From: Breznakia sp. PF5-3
GTDB lineage: Bacteria > Bacillota_I > Bacilli_A > Erysipelotrichales > Erysipelotrichaceae
Direction of reading: 5' to 3'
Assembly: GCF_029504745.1 (NCBI RefSeq)
Contig: NZ_JAQFIQ010000005.1
Span: 30,001 to 62,000 of the forward strand
Length of the DNA: 32,000 bases
Part shown: positions 31,183-32,000 of the stretch, in pieces
How positions within the stretch are numbered: position 1 is the first letter of the stretch
How the letters are laid out: every line of letters starts with the position of its first letter
The notes under the pieces: generated by a model
Databases searched by the model: none
What the model was told of the DNA's origin: nothing
The model's input: the letters and a program-made list of their open reading frames with translations, nothing else
Made by a program: the position numbers and the translations under genes

Positions 31183-32000
31183 TTACCTTTTAAATTTTAA
31201 ATTCTTATTAATTGCTAATAAGCTTCCTAATAATCCAACTACAACACCAGCTACCAGTAAAAGAATACTTATTTCAATTACAAATGGCATTGGTGCATTC
31301 ATTTTCAACATTGGAGTAAAGAAATTCCCATTCATTACATCATATAAAAAGCCATAACCAAAGATAGTTACAATAATTGGCAGTATAGCCCCAAAGAATC
31401 CAATTATCATTCCTTCTAATAGGAAAGGTACTTTAATATATCCATTGCTAGCTCCTACATTTCTCATAATCGCAATTTCTTCTCTACGATTATATATATT
31501 AAGCCTAATTGTGTTAGAAATTAAAAATATCGCTAAAACACAAAGAATCCCTGCTAAAATTCCTCCATATAACCTTACTGCTTCAAAAGCACCTATCATT
31601 GTTGAAATACTATCTCCACCAAAATTCACATCTAAAATGCCATCAATCTTCTCAATAGATTTAGATACGGATTCTACATATTTCCCTTCTGTTGCATCAA
31701 TATAATATGCAGCTGGCAAAGGATTTCCACTCTTAAGATGATCCTTATCTTCACTACCATTACCACTTGTCATCATTTTATCAAGTTCTTCTTTTGAATC
31801 AGAAAACTCAACTTTATCAACATGTTTAATCGCTTCGATTTCCTCTTGTATTCTGGCATATTCACCTTCATCTACAACAGTATCAATTCGCGCCCAAATT
31901 TGTACATTTTTTTCTATGTTTGTTGTAAAATTTCCAATATTAACCGCTACAACTGTAAATAACATCACCAGTATCAAAGTTACTGTTACTGCAAAAATAC
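31183..32000 (-). CDS. ftsX: Cell-division ABC-transporter permease-like protein FtsX (5' end beyond the right window edge)
   Basis: The frame stays open to base 32000 (...IFAVTVTLILVMLFTVVAV = TM1). It continues with a ~100-aa extracellular domain and 3 C-terminal TM helices, including ...EIAIMRNVGASNGYIKVPFLLEG..., the FtsX signature region. The track start at 31977 is an internal TTG. Confidence 0.85.
   Translation of the reverse strand, partial: IFAVTVTLILVMLFTVVAVNIGNFTTNIEKNVQIWARIDTVVDEGEYARIQEEIEAIKHVDKVEFSDSKEELDKMMTSGNGSEDKDHLKSGNPLPAAYYIDATEGKYVESVSKSIEKIDGILDVNFGGDSISTMIGAFEAVRLYGGILAGILCVLAIFLISNTIRLNIYNRREEIAIMRNVGASNGYIKVPFLLEGMIIGFFGAILPIIVTIFGYGFLYDVMNGNFFTPMLKMNAPMPFVIEISILLLVAGVVVGLLGSLLAINKNLKFKR

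Noticed and set aside
1-32000. Search for mobile elements, defence islands, prophage remnants or tRNA/rRNA genes
   Set aside because: I found no transposase, integrase or recombinase motifs, no inverted terminal repeats flanking a block, no nuclease/ATPase/methylase clusters, and no cloverleaf-like or rRNA-like segments. The gene order is that of conserved core operons with only small accessory inserts.

Overview
This is an AT-rich (by eye about one-third G+C) chromosomal segment from a low-GC Gram-positive bacterium (Bacillota). The gene set would fit an Erysipelotrichia- or Bacilli-like organism, but I cannot fix the taxon without a search. I call about 32 protein genes, mostly on the minus strand and mostly housekeeping. 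They include rimP-nusA-ylxR-ylxQ-infB (infB runs off the left edge), murT-gatD, yceD-rpmF (rpmF is under 60 aa and absent from the ORF track), tmcAL, yebC, a tightly packed cvpA-mutS2-uvrC-nagA string, rnhC, a quinone oxidoreductase, ddh, and ftsX (runs off the right edge) followed by a PcsB-like CHAP hydrolase. I see no rRNA, tRNA, CRISPR array, transposase, integrase or phage genes, and no convincing multi-gene defence or other novel system. Five things deserve a second look. (1) Two large secreted proteins 18 kb apart, a ~920-aa repeat protein and a GH3 glycosidase, end in the same module, S/T/G stalk and non-LPXTG tripartite C-terminal signal (N-[ST]-G-D-[AT]-T, hydrophobic helix, basic tail). 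(2) A clear cobalamin riboswitch precedes a DUF4430-like protein and an ECF S-component-like membrane protein, followed by a 480-bp non-coding tract with two terminators. (3) A textbook MerR-type promoter (TTGACT-N19-TATAGT around a perfect 20-bp palindrome) drives the merR gene itself, which lies next to an orphan Cys-rich 85-aa protein. (4) The ftsX-adjacent hydrolase has a (GGNT)6 linker whose codons are synonymously scrambled. (5) NusA carries a ~200-aa E/K-rich tail, and the rimP leader holds a strong hairpin with an interrupted U-tract. All functional calls rest on motifs I recognise in the translations; no similarity search was possible.
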